From Eledone cirrhosa (Eukaryota): 64,000 nucleotides of DNA. Location: contig OZ024740.1 of the NCBI GenBank assembly GCA_964016885.1, positions 250,976,001-251,040,000 on the forward strand, written 5' to 3'. Shown here one piece after another: positions 1 through 12,649 of the stretch. Within the stretch, counting starts at the first letter, position 1. Each line of letters opens with the position of its first letter. The translations under genes were made by a program, and so were the position numbers. The notes under the pieces are model-generated. The model did not search any database, had not been told where the DNA came from, and saw nothing but the letters and a program-made list of their open reading frames with translations.

Positions 1-478
1 ACACTGTATGTAAGTGCATGTAAGTGTGTGTGTGTGTCTCTCAAATTCACAGGGCATTTGTTAAGCTGGGGTTATATTAGAAATCACTATGCAGTGAGAT
101 CAAGCCTGAAAACATGTGGTATCAAAGTGAACCTAACCACACTTTTATGCTTGCACCTAACATACGAAAAACACAAATTAGATAATGTAATGTTTGATAA
201 TGATAAAAAAGTTGGAATGCTTTTGAATATAGGTCTACTCAATCAATATTGGCTTGATGTTAACTACTATAATTCTAAGTTGTCTTTCCTCCTGTATTTT
301 TTTATGCTTACAGAGGTGCATCGCATAGTGGTTAGGGAATTGGGTTCATGATCATAAGCCCATAAGTTCAGTTCCCAAAGTGGGAGTGTGTTGTGAACTT
401 CATTTCATGTTGTTCCAGTCTACTCAAAAACTGAAAAATGACTCACAGCTGTAGTTGGGAATTAATAAGTATAATGAA

Positions 479-868
479 GCGCATGGCTTAGTGGTTAGAG
501 CATTTGGCTTGCAATCGAAAGGTTGTGAGTTCAATTCTCAGACTGGGTGATTTGTTGTTTCCTTGAGCAAGACACTTTATTTTACATTGCTCCAGTTTAC
601 TCAGCTGTAGAAATGAGATGATAGGACTGAGGTCCCTATCATTCCACTGTGGAGGTGCCACGGCAAAAAAAAGCACCCAGCCCACACTGTAAAGTGGACA
701 TGTAGGCGCCTCGGAAAAAAAGCACCCAGCTGTAGAAATCAAGCCAGAATCAGTTCCCGTATGAGCAAGACAAGGTCAGCCGTACACTGCCCACAACAGG
801 ACAACCCATCTAACCCATGCTAGCGTGGAAGAACAGACGTAAAACAGGGATGATGATGATGATGATGA
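479..868 (+). mobile_element. tRNA-derived SINE (family A) with CORE-like body and RTE-derived 3' tail
   Basis: A box TGGCTTAGTGG, B box GAGTTCAATTC, CCTTGAGCAAGACACTT body; 3' end CCAGCTGTAGAAA...ACGTAAAAC..(GAT)n resembles the 3' end of the RTE at 53030-53175. Confidence 0.75.
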
Positions 869-983
869 CTGTCTGGCGAGGGGGAATCTTGTACTCTTGA
901 CTACTTAATATCACATAAAACTAGTATAAGTTTTGACTTGATGAACCTCGAAGATCAAAACTAACTTTCACTTTTATACTTAC

Positions 984-1173
984 AGAAGGAGTTTTCTCCC
1001 AGCCGTGGCCGTTTGCTCTTATTGTTATACCAAGTCAACCAAGTGTTGATTACATTGCTTGCCCAACCTTCAGTCTGTAAACAAAAACAGCTATCTAATC
1101 CACCAGATACAGCTACAACTTCCTCCAAAATACACACTTTCATTGACAACAACTGGAGTTTGGTGTCATCTTC
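984..1173 (-). CDS. LRRC42: Internal coding exon of the LRRC42-like gene (EDDTKLQLL...CLQTEGWASNVINTWLTW...ENSF)
   Basis: CT-rich tract + TTCACAG acceptor, GTAAGT donor; phase 0 start matches the previous exon; TEGWA..V...W motif matches recalled LRRC42 CKTEGWADQIVLQW. Confidence 0.8.
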
Positions 1174-2109
1174 CTGTGAATAAAGAGAAATGGAGAGAGA
1201 TAGAGAGTAGTAGTGAAAATAGAACATACAAAGAAGACATAGCACTCTGAACCATCGAGTTGGACACTAACTGAATAAAAACCAGCTCAGACTGTAATTA
1301 CCGATGCCAGTATAGAAAGCTGGTCAAATGATAATGATAAAGGAAGCTGTAATAGAAGTAATTGTTGTTGTTTGGCTCTAGTCTAAGCCTAATTGATCTA
1401 TAATGTGACTTTCCTTATTTAAAGGCTGACAAGTCTGTGAATCATATGCTATTTCTCAACAACCAGTGTGAATCATATGCTATTTCTCAACAATTTTTGG
1501 TGGTTAAGTTGCTCAAAGTGTAAATAGCAACAATGGAAAAGATACAGTACATTACTGTAGGTAGTGGAAGATACATTATTACTGACAGTGCTAACTTGTC
1601 CAAATCCTTCCCTAGCCCCAAAAAACAGAAGACCAAAATTCTGCCTAAAGCTTTTTCAAGCTCCCTTCCACCTAGAAAGCTTGTATAAATTCTAGCATGC
1701 TGCATGGTTAACTGGTGCGGTGATGATGCATCCACACATGACAGTAAACAAAACATCCTAGCAAAATTTATGCGCTAAGGGGAAATAACACCTTCACGAG
1801 ACTAAAAAATTCAACTCGGTCATTCGATAAACTGAAATTGATAAAATGAGTGTATGAGTAAAATACTGAGGAGGAGGTTGATACAAAATATATTTTTATA
1901 TGTACACTGCCACGGTCCTTTTAAACAAAAAAATGAATCAGCCCCCGAAAAATCACATGCGACTGATTTATCTATCAAACATTACTCAGGACTTGAAATA
2001 TCTAATATTGTAAATACAAAGACTGAAACTTGATGGGCACCTATCATAATTGAAACTGGTGTGCCAGCATGGTCAGTCTAGTCCAATGATTAAAACCTAC
2101 TGGTTTTAA

Positions 2110-3317
2110 ATCATCATCATCATCATTTTACGTCCGCTTTTCCCTGCTTGCAAGGGTGGGACGGGTCCTATTCAGCACAGCATCTCTCCACTTGTCACGG
2201 TCCTTCGTCATCTCCACCATGAGCTTCAGCGATCTGAGGTCTGTTCTCACCACCTCCGCCCATGTTTTTCGTGGTCTACCTCTACCACGGCTTCCTTCAA
2301 CTGGCATTTCCTGGCACTTCTTCACCCATCGGTCATCCTCCATGTGCATCACATGTTCATACCACCGCAGTCTACCACTCGCACACTACATTCTATCCCT
2401 CTCAGACACAGTTTCTCTCTCAACACATTCATGCTGGGTCGTTCACGCACATTATTACTGCACATCCAACAGAGCATGTTTGCATCATTTCTCTCCAGAC
2501 GTCGCATATCCTATGCAGTTGCTGCCCATGTCTCACTACCATGCAGCATCGCGCTCCTCACACAGGTATCATATCTCTAATTAGTTGTGCTATCTCTAAT
2601 TTCTAATTAGTTGTGCTAATATCCTTTCTGCCACTTTTATAACCTGATCCATCAGTTTTATACCCCTATAATTGCTCCTCTACAGAGCATCCCCTTTACC
2701 TTTGTAGCAATTTATGAGAATACTGCTGCACCAGTCTTTGGGTATGACACCACCATATATAGCCTGATTGATGATGCGTGCAACCAGTTTAGTGCCTACG
2801 TCCCCTGATGCCTTCAGCATCTCAGTAACTATCCCCGATGGTTCAGCAGCCTTACCATTTTTTCATTTCCCTAATCGGCTCTTGTACACTATATTCGTCA
2901 ATCTCAATAGCTGGTCTCTCTATTGGATTTACTGAGGGTAATTTCTCTCTCTCTCATTCGTTCTCCACATTCATCAGTCACTCATAATGACATTTCCAGT
3001 CCTCCTTTATCTGATAATTTGTGACACTAAGTACACCGGCATTATTCCGGACAATATTTATCTCCAACAATATCCTGATTTGCATTGACACATTGCCTTG
3101 CAATGTGGAACACCGCACACCTCTGGTCTTCCCGTCGCAGAACATTGGCAAACCTCCTACTCTCAGCCTCCCTGCGTGCTAAGTACACCTGACGTCTAGC
3201 TTCTCTCTTAGCGGCTGTATATTCTTCCCTACTCCCACCCTTTTTCCAAGCCTTCCATGCTAGTCTTTTGTCTCTAATGGCCCTATCTACTGTGCTGTTC
3301 CACCACCAGGTCACTCT
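2110..3317 (-). mobile_element. Decayed, internally deleted RTE LINE fragment with (GAT)n tail
   Basis: ORF pieces VTWWWN...AWKAWK and RGRPRKTW are homologous to the ORF at 49642-52824; (ATC)n at 2110-2126. Confidence 0.8.
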
Positions 3318-3355
3318 CAAAAACAAAACAAAAAAAAGTATTGATAAGTACTTAC

Positions 3356-3444
3356 AGTAATTGCTGTATTAGAGAGGTTGAGAACACGAAGCAAAGGGTA
3401 AGCTTTCAAGTATCGAATACCATGGACTGTCAATTCAGGGTTTT
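3356..3444 (-). CDS. LRRC42: Internal coding exon of the LRRC42-like gene ((E)NPELTVHGIRYLKAYPLLRVLNLSNTAIT); not in the ORF track
   Basis: Polypyrimidine tract + TCCTAG acceptor, GTAAGT donor; 89 nt = 2+29 codons, phase-compatible with both neighbours; resembles recalled human NPEITDAGIGYLFSFRKLNCLDISGTGL. Confidence 0.85.
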
Positions 3445-3959
3445 CTAGGAAATAGAAATAAATAAAAGTTGAAAGGATTCTTCAGTTATGTAGAGGACAT
3501 GACAACAACCCTTTGTAAAGTGATTGGTGTTAGGAAAAGTATCCAGTTGTAGGAGCTATGCCAAAACTGGAAGGTATGAAAGTGAGACATAGTTATCCAG
3601 TCTGTCTATGACAGTCCTCCTGATTCAGATACTGATTTGATCTGTAATGCCCCATACAATCCATTCCATCAGAAAAAAAAAACTAAAGAAGTAAAATGAA
3701 AATGATGAAACACAAAAGTAAGCAACTTTAGTCTATGTTGGAGCAATGAGGCTGGTGTGTCTGATCTAATGGGTGAAATACATTTTACTGTTTAGTTAAA
3801 AGAGGAAGGAAGGTAACTTCAAATCCAAAACTTAGTCGGAATACTTACAATTGAATGGACTCTACTAAAGACACCAAAAGGCCAGGTGGAGATTTTAAAC
3901 CAGGTGACAAATTTACTACATCAGTTGGGTTGTGACAGCATAGAGATATGTAGATTTTT

Positions 3960-5870
3960 GAAATCTAACTTCCTCGAAATGAAAGATAACATCATGGAAT
4001 TTTGCCGAAAACTCAAACCAATAGAATACTTCTCCAATGACACCAACACTGAAGACGAATCAATAGTCAGAAACAAAAGTGATTTCTGCCCACAGAAAGG
4101 GAGGAACACAGCACTGGACACCTACTGCGAATGCACCATCAACATTCACACTGCGAAATAACACTGAAATAACGACCAAAGAAGCCGACAAAGGGAGTAC
4201 TGTGGTCATTATAGACACTGACTACTATAGGGACCTGGCACTCAAAATCTTAGACAACAAGTACTACAAAAAAACAGAAAACTACAAACAAACTAAAACA
4301 ATGAGGAACATCCTAGCATTACTACAACAATACCGCAGTAGCCTAACCACAAAAGAATTTGAATACATAAGGCATTTCAAATGTAATGAAAGTGCTTTCT
4401 ACGGCTTACTGAAGATACATAAATGTAAACTCATAAACGATGCATGTGACACTTCAACTAACAAATACATACAATTAACACCACCAGAAGACTTAAAACT
4501 CAGACCAATTATAGCAGGCCCTGCATGTGAATCCCACAGACTTAGCAAGTTCCTGGACATCCTACTAAATCTTATACAGAGCTACATACGGAATGATCTT
4601 GATATGCTGAACCACCTACCCAAAACAGTAAGTGAAAACACTATTCTTGTCTCCTTTAATGTAGTAAACCTCTACACCAACATACCCCATAACTATAGAA
4701 TAACAGCAACCCAGTACTGGCTAGACACTCACCAATCTGAAATACCAACTCGCATTAATAAAAACTTCATCATTGATGGACTCCGATTTAGCTTACAGAA
4801 TGATTTCTTTACTTTCAATGATTCAACATACCGACAAATCTCGGGTACTGCAATGGGCACAAAGGTAGCCCCCACATACGCCAACTTCGTGATGGGATTC
4901 CACAAACAACAGATCTACAACCAATCCATTCTATTATTCGGAGACTCTTTCCTTACACATCTCAAAAATAATTGGAAGAGATAATAAACGATTGCTTTAT
5001 ACTATGGCAGGAAGACATGAATACACTCACTGTTTTCAAAAATATGATAAATAATATATAATTCACAATGGAATCCAACTCCTAGAAATTAGCCTTCTTG
5101 GATATCCTTATTCTAAAAACAGATGGGAAAATAGAAACAGACATCTTTTATAAACCCACGGACTCCAAACAGTACCTCCTCTTTACATCAAATCATCCAA
5201 AACATTCAAAACTTAACATCCCTTTTCATTTAGCCAAACGTATATGCACCACAGTATCAGAGCAAGCTAAACGGGAACAAAGACTAAATGAACTAAAAAA
5301 CACACTGACCGTAAGAGCCTTCCCACTTGACATGTTTAATAACGGAATAGACAGAGCAAAACACGTCAATTTTCATCAACTTAACAATCCAAAGCACAGA
5401 ACCACAAACAACACCTTACCATATATATCCACATTCAACCCCAGAAACACCAAAATGTTCCACCGCCTACACAAAAACCTCCCCATTCTATTTAAAGATG
5501 AAAAAAAATGAAAAAAATCCTAGAAACACACAAGATCATTAAAAGTAAAAGGCAACCCAAATCACTAAAACACATTCTCAGTGAAACAAAGATACACAAA
5601 CCAATCTCCAGCCTTACGGTAACAAAATGCAGAAGAACAAACTGTGGTACATGCCTATACTTATTGAAGGACAAAAATTCAAGTTTTAAGATGGCCAAAC
5701 TTTCACAGTGAAAAACAATTTCACTTGCAACTCGGAGAACCTGATCTACATGTGCAGGAATGACTACCCAACTTTAAAATCTTCCCCCTTTACAAGTGCT
5801 CCAATTCTTTCACTCAACAAGAAAGAATAAAGAAAAACTATTTATTAACAAATTTAAACCAAAATTAAAT
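3960..5870 (+). mobile_element. Degenerate Penelope-like element (RT plus C-terminal region)
   Basis: KEADKGS, LKIHK, LRPII, LYTNIP, QISGTAMGTKVAPTYAN and TDIFYKPTDS motifs across frameshifted ORFs 4079-4984, 5098-5511 and 5508-5711. Confidence 0.85.
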
Positions 5871-6339
5871 ATGTAATCACCCTCATTAGAAAAACACATA
5901 CACACACAAACGCATGTGTATTTTTATATATACACCCTCACACTATACACACTCCCTAAAACCATATTCCAATAATAGAATTTCTTTGCCATAGAATTTG
6001 TCTCTAGCTTACAATTCCCCATCCCCCTCACCACCCCCATTTGAACTCTTGACCATTCCATTAACACAATCAGATACACACACACATATTTACAAACTAT
6101 TTCCTTTGCCCACAAAAAACAATTTTGTTCTGTGAAGAAACAACTACCAACGCTGCTGCTACTATCATGACTACACATCTCTCTCTCTATACACAAGAAC
6201 TCATTCTCCAGTCCCCTTCTGAGCAAGGAAGATGGAAAAAAACTTACTCCAACACTTAATTTTAAATCTTTAATTTTTAGTTTTTAATTCTTATGAGTTC
6301 TTTTTAACTGATACTCAACATTTGATAAGACGAATTTTA

Positions 6340-6535
6340 ATAATTGTTTCTACTTTTGGCACAAGGCCAGCAATTATCTCAGTGTATTACTGGTATCTTA
6401 TTTTATCGACCTCATAAGGATAAAATGCAAAGTGAACCATGGCGCGATTTGAACTCAGACCCTAAAGGGGCATAACCCTATGCTTGCAAAGCATGGCGTA
6501 CAACCTTCTACTGATACTGCCAATCTCCCCGCCTT
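6340..6535 (-). mobile_element. tRNA-derived SINE (family B), diverged
   Basis: Reverse complement of the 9241-9432 element (GAGTTCAAATC, GGTCGATAAAATAA, GTGCCAAAAGTAGAAACAATTA). Confidence 0.7.
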
Positions 6536-6806
6536 TTCAATAATGTCACTTTGGCGAATCAAAGAAAGGGGAAAAAAACTCCGAAAACAGATCCTAAAAA
6601 ATATATTTGCCATGCTATTTCCAACTTCACCTTCTCTCTCTCTCTCTATATATATATATACATATATACACATATATTTACATATATATACACACACACA
6701 TATATATATATATATACATATATATACATATATACACATATATACACATATACAATGATATTAAATACAATGATATTAATAGAAACTATATTTATAAAAC
6801 CATATT

Positions 6807-6868
6807 TATTCTATTATATATATTTCAAGGGTACCAAAAACTTTGGTACACTTTCATCAGATAAAATA
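6807..6868 (-). ncRNA. Type I hammerhead ribozyme motif (Penelope type)
   Basis: Minus strand: TATTTTAT-CTGATGA-AAG(TGTACCA..TGGTACC)CTT-GAAA-TATATA-T-A-ATAGAATA; stem I pairs with one G.U, stem III is palindromic. Confidence 0.75.
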
Positions 6869-7352
6869 CAAAGTGTGTTTTATAAATTTTGATATAGCCA
6901 AGGAAACATACCTTATCAGTTGAATTTTCCTTGGATAGTGAATTTAAAGAACAGATTTTCCAATGAATATGTAAATGAGGATGAGTTATAGGATTGAAAA
7001 AAACGTTATTTTAAACGCTATGGAAAGTTTAGAAATATTAGTAGGAGAGAAAGAAAAAAAAAGAAAAGAAAAAAAAAGGAAAAAGAAGACCACTTACATA
7101 TGTTAATTTTGGGGAAAAATTTGAATATTTACCTATATTATGTATATATTTATATGGAGAATTATGTTTGTAAGTATTTATCTTATTACAATATTGTAGT
7201 GGGTTAAATATATAAATATCTATATATATTTCAATAATAGCATATGTATTTTTATTCAAGAGATAATTTGCAATCATTAGTTGTTTATAATATGAGTTAC
7301 GAGAGATGTTGATTTTGTGTTTTATGTAGATAAATAAATAAATAGGTAGCAC

Positions 7353-8770
7353 AGGGCTTTACTATCCTTTCCATAAAATTAACGAAAATCTAAATTACGT
7401 AAGTTTTAACTCTAATCATCCTAGATCTATTAAGATCAATAGTGTCCAACAACGGATTTCAAACATCTCTGCTAACAAAAATATTTTTGATGATAAGGCT
7501 GAATATTATAATGAAGCTTTAAATAGAGCAGGGTATTCGAATAAAATTAAATACATTGACAACAATAATATGGCAAATCACCCTAGTATAAATTATAATA
7601 ATAATAAACAATTTAACTTAAACTCTAAACCAAACAAAAGAACTAGAACTAGAAATATTATTTGGTACCCCCCCCCCCCCATTCTCATTAAGCGCTAAAA
7701 CACCTTTAGCAAAGCTATTCTTTAAAGCACTAGACAAATGTTTTCCTAAAGCCCACAGATACCACTCAATCTTTAACAGACATACTATAAAACTATCCTA
7801 CTCTACTACTATAATCATCCTAGATCTATTAAGATCAATAGTGTCCAACAACGGATTTCAAACATCTCTAACAAAAATATTTTTGATGATAAGGCTGAAT
7901 ATTATAATGAAGCTTTAAATAGAGCAGGGTATTCGAATAAAATTAAATACATTGACAACAATAATATAGCAAATCACCCTAGTATAAATTATAATAATAA
8001 TAAACAATTTAACTTAAACTCTAAACCAAACAAAAGAACTAGAACTAGAAATATTATTTGGTACCCCCCCCCCCATTCTCATTAAGCGTTAAAACACCTT
8101 TAGCAAAGCTATTCTTTAAAGCACTAGACAAATGTTTTCCTAAAGCCCACAGATACCACTCAATCTTTAACAGACATACTATAAAACTATCCTACTCTAC
8201 TACTATGAACATAGCACAAAATATAAATAGAATTAATAATAGAAACTTAAATTTAAACCCTAACCAAAATAACCATAATAGCAATAATAATATTTCTAGC
8301 AATATCCAGTATAATAGTACCGTTCTGAGCAACAAAAACTCCGTAAAATGTAACTGTAGAATCAAATCTAACTGCCCTTTACAAAATAAGTGTTTACATA
8401 AAAATGTAGTCGATAAATGCACAGTTAAAACTAGAGATAATATATTTAACTATGTCGGTGCCACTTCTACAAAATTTAAAGATCGCTGGAATAACCACAA
8501 TCATTCTTTCAGAAGATCTCATAAAAAAAATCTTCTACTTCTCTTTCACATCTTATATGGAACTTAAAAAGCAAGAATATATACTATTCAATATCTTGGA
8601 AAACGATTTCGAAAGTACCTGCTTACCGAAATATGGCTTTATCAAAATTCTGTAAATTGTGTATCGAAGAAATTTTTTATATAAGTAACTGCCAAAACTC
8701 TATTAATCTCAGAACAGAATTATTTTCTTCTTGCAGACATCGCCAAAATTCTACATTCAGAACTATGTGT
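7353..8770 (+). mobile_element. Penelope-like element 3' fragment (linker + GIY-YIG endonuclease) with a ~400-bp tandem duplication (7413-7811 / 7812-8205)
   Basis: IFNRHTIKLSYS, CNCR..CPL..C and YVGATSTKFKDRWNNHNHSF motifs (ORF 8058-8567); duplication visible directly. Confidence 0.8.
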
Positions 8771-8908
8771 AATTTATAATATTCCTATAAATCTTCAAAA
8801 TGATCCTATCTTCTTTAACAATTTAAATTTTTAATATTTTAATATATTAATATTTCTAAATGGTAATATCTAATATTTATAGTACTTTCACCTTCCAGCA
8901 AAAATTTC

Positions 8909-8969
<61 letters not shown>

Positions 8970-9240
8970 ATAGATATTTATATATATTTATTTACGTATA
9001 TCTATGTAATGTTAATTTTAATTTTTTACTTCTTTAATTCTTACATTATATTTTTCCAATGACACCCTCTAAAGCTATTTTTAAATGTAGATTAATAACT
9101 ATTAACTGACATTTGAAAAATGTATCCTATTCAAGACGATTTTTAAACATTCGACTAAATAATTAATTAATCTCACACTAACTATTAAAATTTATCGATT
9201 AACAAACAAAATTGGAGTTATCTTTCCTTTCTCAATTTAA

Positions 9241-9432
9241 GGGCGGTGAATTGGCAGTATCGGTAGAGGGTCGGACGCCATGCTTTGACGCCCTTGTTAC
9301 GGCCTTTGCCATTCTGAGTTCAAATCCCGCCGAGGTTAACTTTGCCTTTCATCTTTACGGGGTCGATAAAATAAAGTACCAGTAATACACTGAGCAATTG
9401 CTGGCCCTGTGCCAAAAGTAGAAACAATTATT
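9241..9432 (+). mobile_element. tRNA-derived SINE (family B; Meta-domain-like body)
   Basis: TGGCAGTATCGG A box, GAGTTCAAATCCC B box, GCCTTTCATC...GGGGTCGATAAAATAAAGTACCAG body; related copies at 6340 and 56042. Confidence 0.75.
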
Positions 9433-10058
9433 ATTTACGTAACTCCGTTAAATTAAATTAAAACATTCTCAAAGCCAAACAAGATATTCAAAATTATAAA
9501 TCCATAATTTTAACTACCTATTTATTTATTTACATAAAATACAAAATCAACCTCCCTCGTAACTCATATTATAAACAACCACCTAAAACTTGAACTATCT
9601 ATTTATTTATTTATTTACATAAAACACAAAATCAACTTCCCTCGTAACTCATATTATAAACAACTAATAATTGCAAATTATCTCTTGAATAATAATACAT
9701 ATGCTATTATTAAAATATATATAGATATTTATATATTTAACCCACTACAATATTGTAAATACTTACAAACATAATTCTCCATATAAATATATACATAATA
9801 TAGGTAAATATTCAAATTTTTCCCCAAAATTAACGTATGTAAGCGTTCTTTTTCTTTTTCCTTCTTTTTTTTTCTTTCTTTATCTCCTAATATATCTAAA
9901 CTTTCCATAGCGTTTAAAATAACGGTTTTTCAATCATATAACTCAACCTCATTTACATATTCATTGGAAAATCTGTTCTTTAAATTCACTATCCAAGGAA
10001 AATTCAACTGATAAGGTATGTTTTCTTGGCTATGTCAAAATTTATAAAACACACTTTG

Positions 10059-10122
10059 TATTTTATCTGATGAAAGCATACCAAAGTTTTTGGTACCCTT
10101 GAAATATATATATAATAGAATA
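10059..10122 (+). ncRNA. Type I hammerhead ribozyme motif (Penelope type)
   Basis: TATTTTAT (10059-66) CTGATGA (10067-73) AAG..CTT GAAA (10101-04) TATATATA T A ATAGAATA (10115-22). Confidence 0.75.
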
Positions 10123-10709
10123 AATATGGTTTTATAAATATAGTTTCAATTTATTTAATATCATTGAATATTTACTCCAGTATTATGTTGAGTGCTCTGA
10201 ATCAGTTATAAACATTTATATTTGTTGAATTTCCAACAAATTAAATATCCCTTCTACTTATATACACACATATATATATACATACATATACAAACATATA
10301 TACACATATATATATACATACATGCACATACATATATACACATATATATATACATACATGCACATACATATATACACATATATATATAATATACATACAC
10401 ATACATATATATATAATATACATACATACATATATACACATATATATATATATATATATACATACATACATATATACACACACATATATATATATACATA
10501 CATACATATATACACACACATACATATATACACACACATACATATATACACACACATATATATACATACATATATATATACATTCATATATACACATATA
10601 TACACACATATATATATACAAACATATATACACACATATATATATACATACATATATACACACACACATATATATATACATACATATATACACATATATA
10701 TATATATAT

Positions 10710-11316
10710 GGTGGCTGCCAACTCGTTTTCGAGTACGGCCACTACTTTACATCCATGCAGGAGAAGTCCCACCGATGCGCTGAACGAGTGTGACTTTTTA
10801 GTGCAGCCAGCGACCCGAAAACTCCAGTACAAACACCACACTTGTGACAATTACTGACACACAGTGCCGGGCCCATGGCACCATGTGACGACAAGTGCAG
10901 AGAGATCTCCAGATATAAAGCAATGCCTGTGCCGTGAAGCTTTTATAGTGAGCAAAGGCACTGCACAAAGCCAGTCCCAGTCTCTTAACCAAGATGATAT
11001 TTACCAAAAAGAAGAACAAGTCAACATCATTGGATACCATCAGGGTTGCAGGTGTTATATCAGAGTTTTCCTTCTCCTAGAATTCTGCCTTGACAAAGGC
11101 TAAGGGGTCATCGCTCCCGGTGATTTTGGATGGCCATTGACTCTTAAGAGCTCCTTTGCCCTTTGACAGGTTTTGTTTTTAGTCCTGCAGGATGTCCAAA
11201 GTCACCCTCCTTACAAAGAAACCTTGGTGGGGTTGCCAGTTTAGTCGCCAAGGACCCGACTATGAGACAGGTTGTACTGGGATACATGTCACCAGTAGCA
11301 CCAACTGGTGAACTGA
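10710..11316 (-). mobile_element. ~600-bp bipartite non-autonomous RTE-derived element, copy 1
   Basis: Four similar copies in the window; carries the RTE 5'UTR-type motif CTAGGAGAAGGAAAACTCTGA and a 3' remnant encoding a C2H2 finger; flanked by TA arrays. Confidence 0.7.
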
Positions 11317-11521
11317 CATACATATATATATATACATACGTATATACACACATATGTATATACACACATATATATATACATACATATATACACACATATA
11401 TATATATATATATATACATACATACATATATCTATACATATATACATACGTATATACACACGTATATATATATACATACATATATACACACATATACATA
11501 TACATACATACATACATATAT

Positions 11522-12128
11522 GGTGGCTGCCAACTCGTTTTCGAGTACGGCCACTACTTTATATCCATGTAGGAGAACCCCTACCGAAGCGCTGAACGAG
11601 TGTGACTTTTTAGTCCAGCCAGCGACTTGAAAACTCTGGTACAAACACTACACTTGTGACAATTATTGACACATAGTGCTGGGCCCAGGGTACCATGTGA
11701 TGACAAGTGCAGAGAGATCTCCAGATACAAAGCAATGCCTGTGCCGTGAAGCTTTTATAGTGAGCAAAGGCACTGCACAAAGCCAGTCCCACTCTCTTAA
11801 CCAAGATTATATTTACCAAAAAGAAGAACAAGTCAACATCATTGGATACCATCAGGGTTGCAGGTGTTATATCAGAGTTTTCCTTCTCCTAGAATTCTGC
11901 CTTGACAAAGGCTAAGGGGTCATCGCTCCTGGTGATTTTGGATGGCCATTGACTCTTAAGAGCTCCTTTGCCCTTTGACAGGTTTTGTTTTTAGTCCTGC
12001 AGGATGTCCAAAGTCACCCTCCTCACCAAGAAACCTTGGTGGGGTTGCCAGTTTAGTCGCCAACGACCCGACCATGAGACAGGTTGTACTGGGATACATG
12101 TTACCAGTAGCACCAAGTGGTGACCTGA
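11522..12128 (-). mobile_element. Bipartite RTE-derived element, copy 2
   Basis: Same termini as copy 1; microsatellite on both sides. Confidence 0.7.
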
Positions 12129-12649
12129 CACATACATATATATATACATATATACACACATATATATATACATATATACACACACATATATATATATATA
12201 CATACATATATATATACACACATACATATATATATACACACACATATATATATATACATATTATTCTAGAACCTTCCTGCATCTTGCTCCCTAACTTTGT
12301 AATCACTTTGCTCTTTCTCTCATACGCCCCTCCCCTGATCGCAGGTATAAAATACATCTTGCTGGTTTCCAAGGACAATTTATCTATCTAAATTATCTTA
12401 CGGACGACTTGTTGATTTGAGAATGTAAGCATTGTCTTCCATATTCCGTAGTCTTCCCAATGAGCAGTGTTTTAAACTCCGAGCTATGCTAGTCTACAAT
12501 TCAAATTCCCCCGTTTGTTTCTCTCAGATTTTCGATTAATATTTACATGTTTTTAAATGATTTGTCTCATTCTGTTGGACCCTTCCTAAATCAAATCCTT
12601 CTCCTAAAGTTACCCATTTCCCGCCCTCCCACCCCCATACACCACCATT

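Larger units (their letters stand above)
6767..10166. repeat. ~580-bp inverted repeat pair (6767-7352 / 9594-10166), probable Penelope pLTRs
   Basis: Arms are near reverse complements, bracket a PLE GIY-YIG fragment, and each carries a hammerhead motif near its outer end. Confidence 0.8.

Noticed and set aside
479-550. tRNA gene
   Set aside because: A/B boxes are present but the sequence continues into a repeated SINE body; no clean cloverleaf.
10710-12260. CRISPR-like repeat/spacer arrangement
   Set aside because: Units are ~600-bp retroelement copies separated by microsatellite in a eukaryotic intron; no cas genes.
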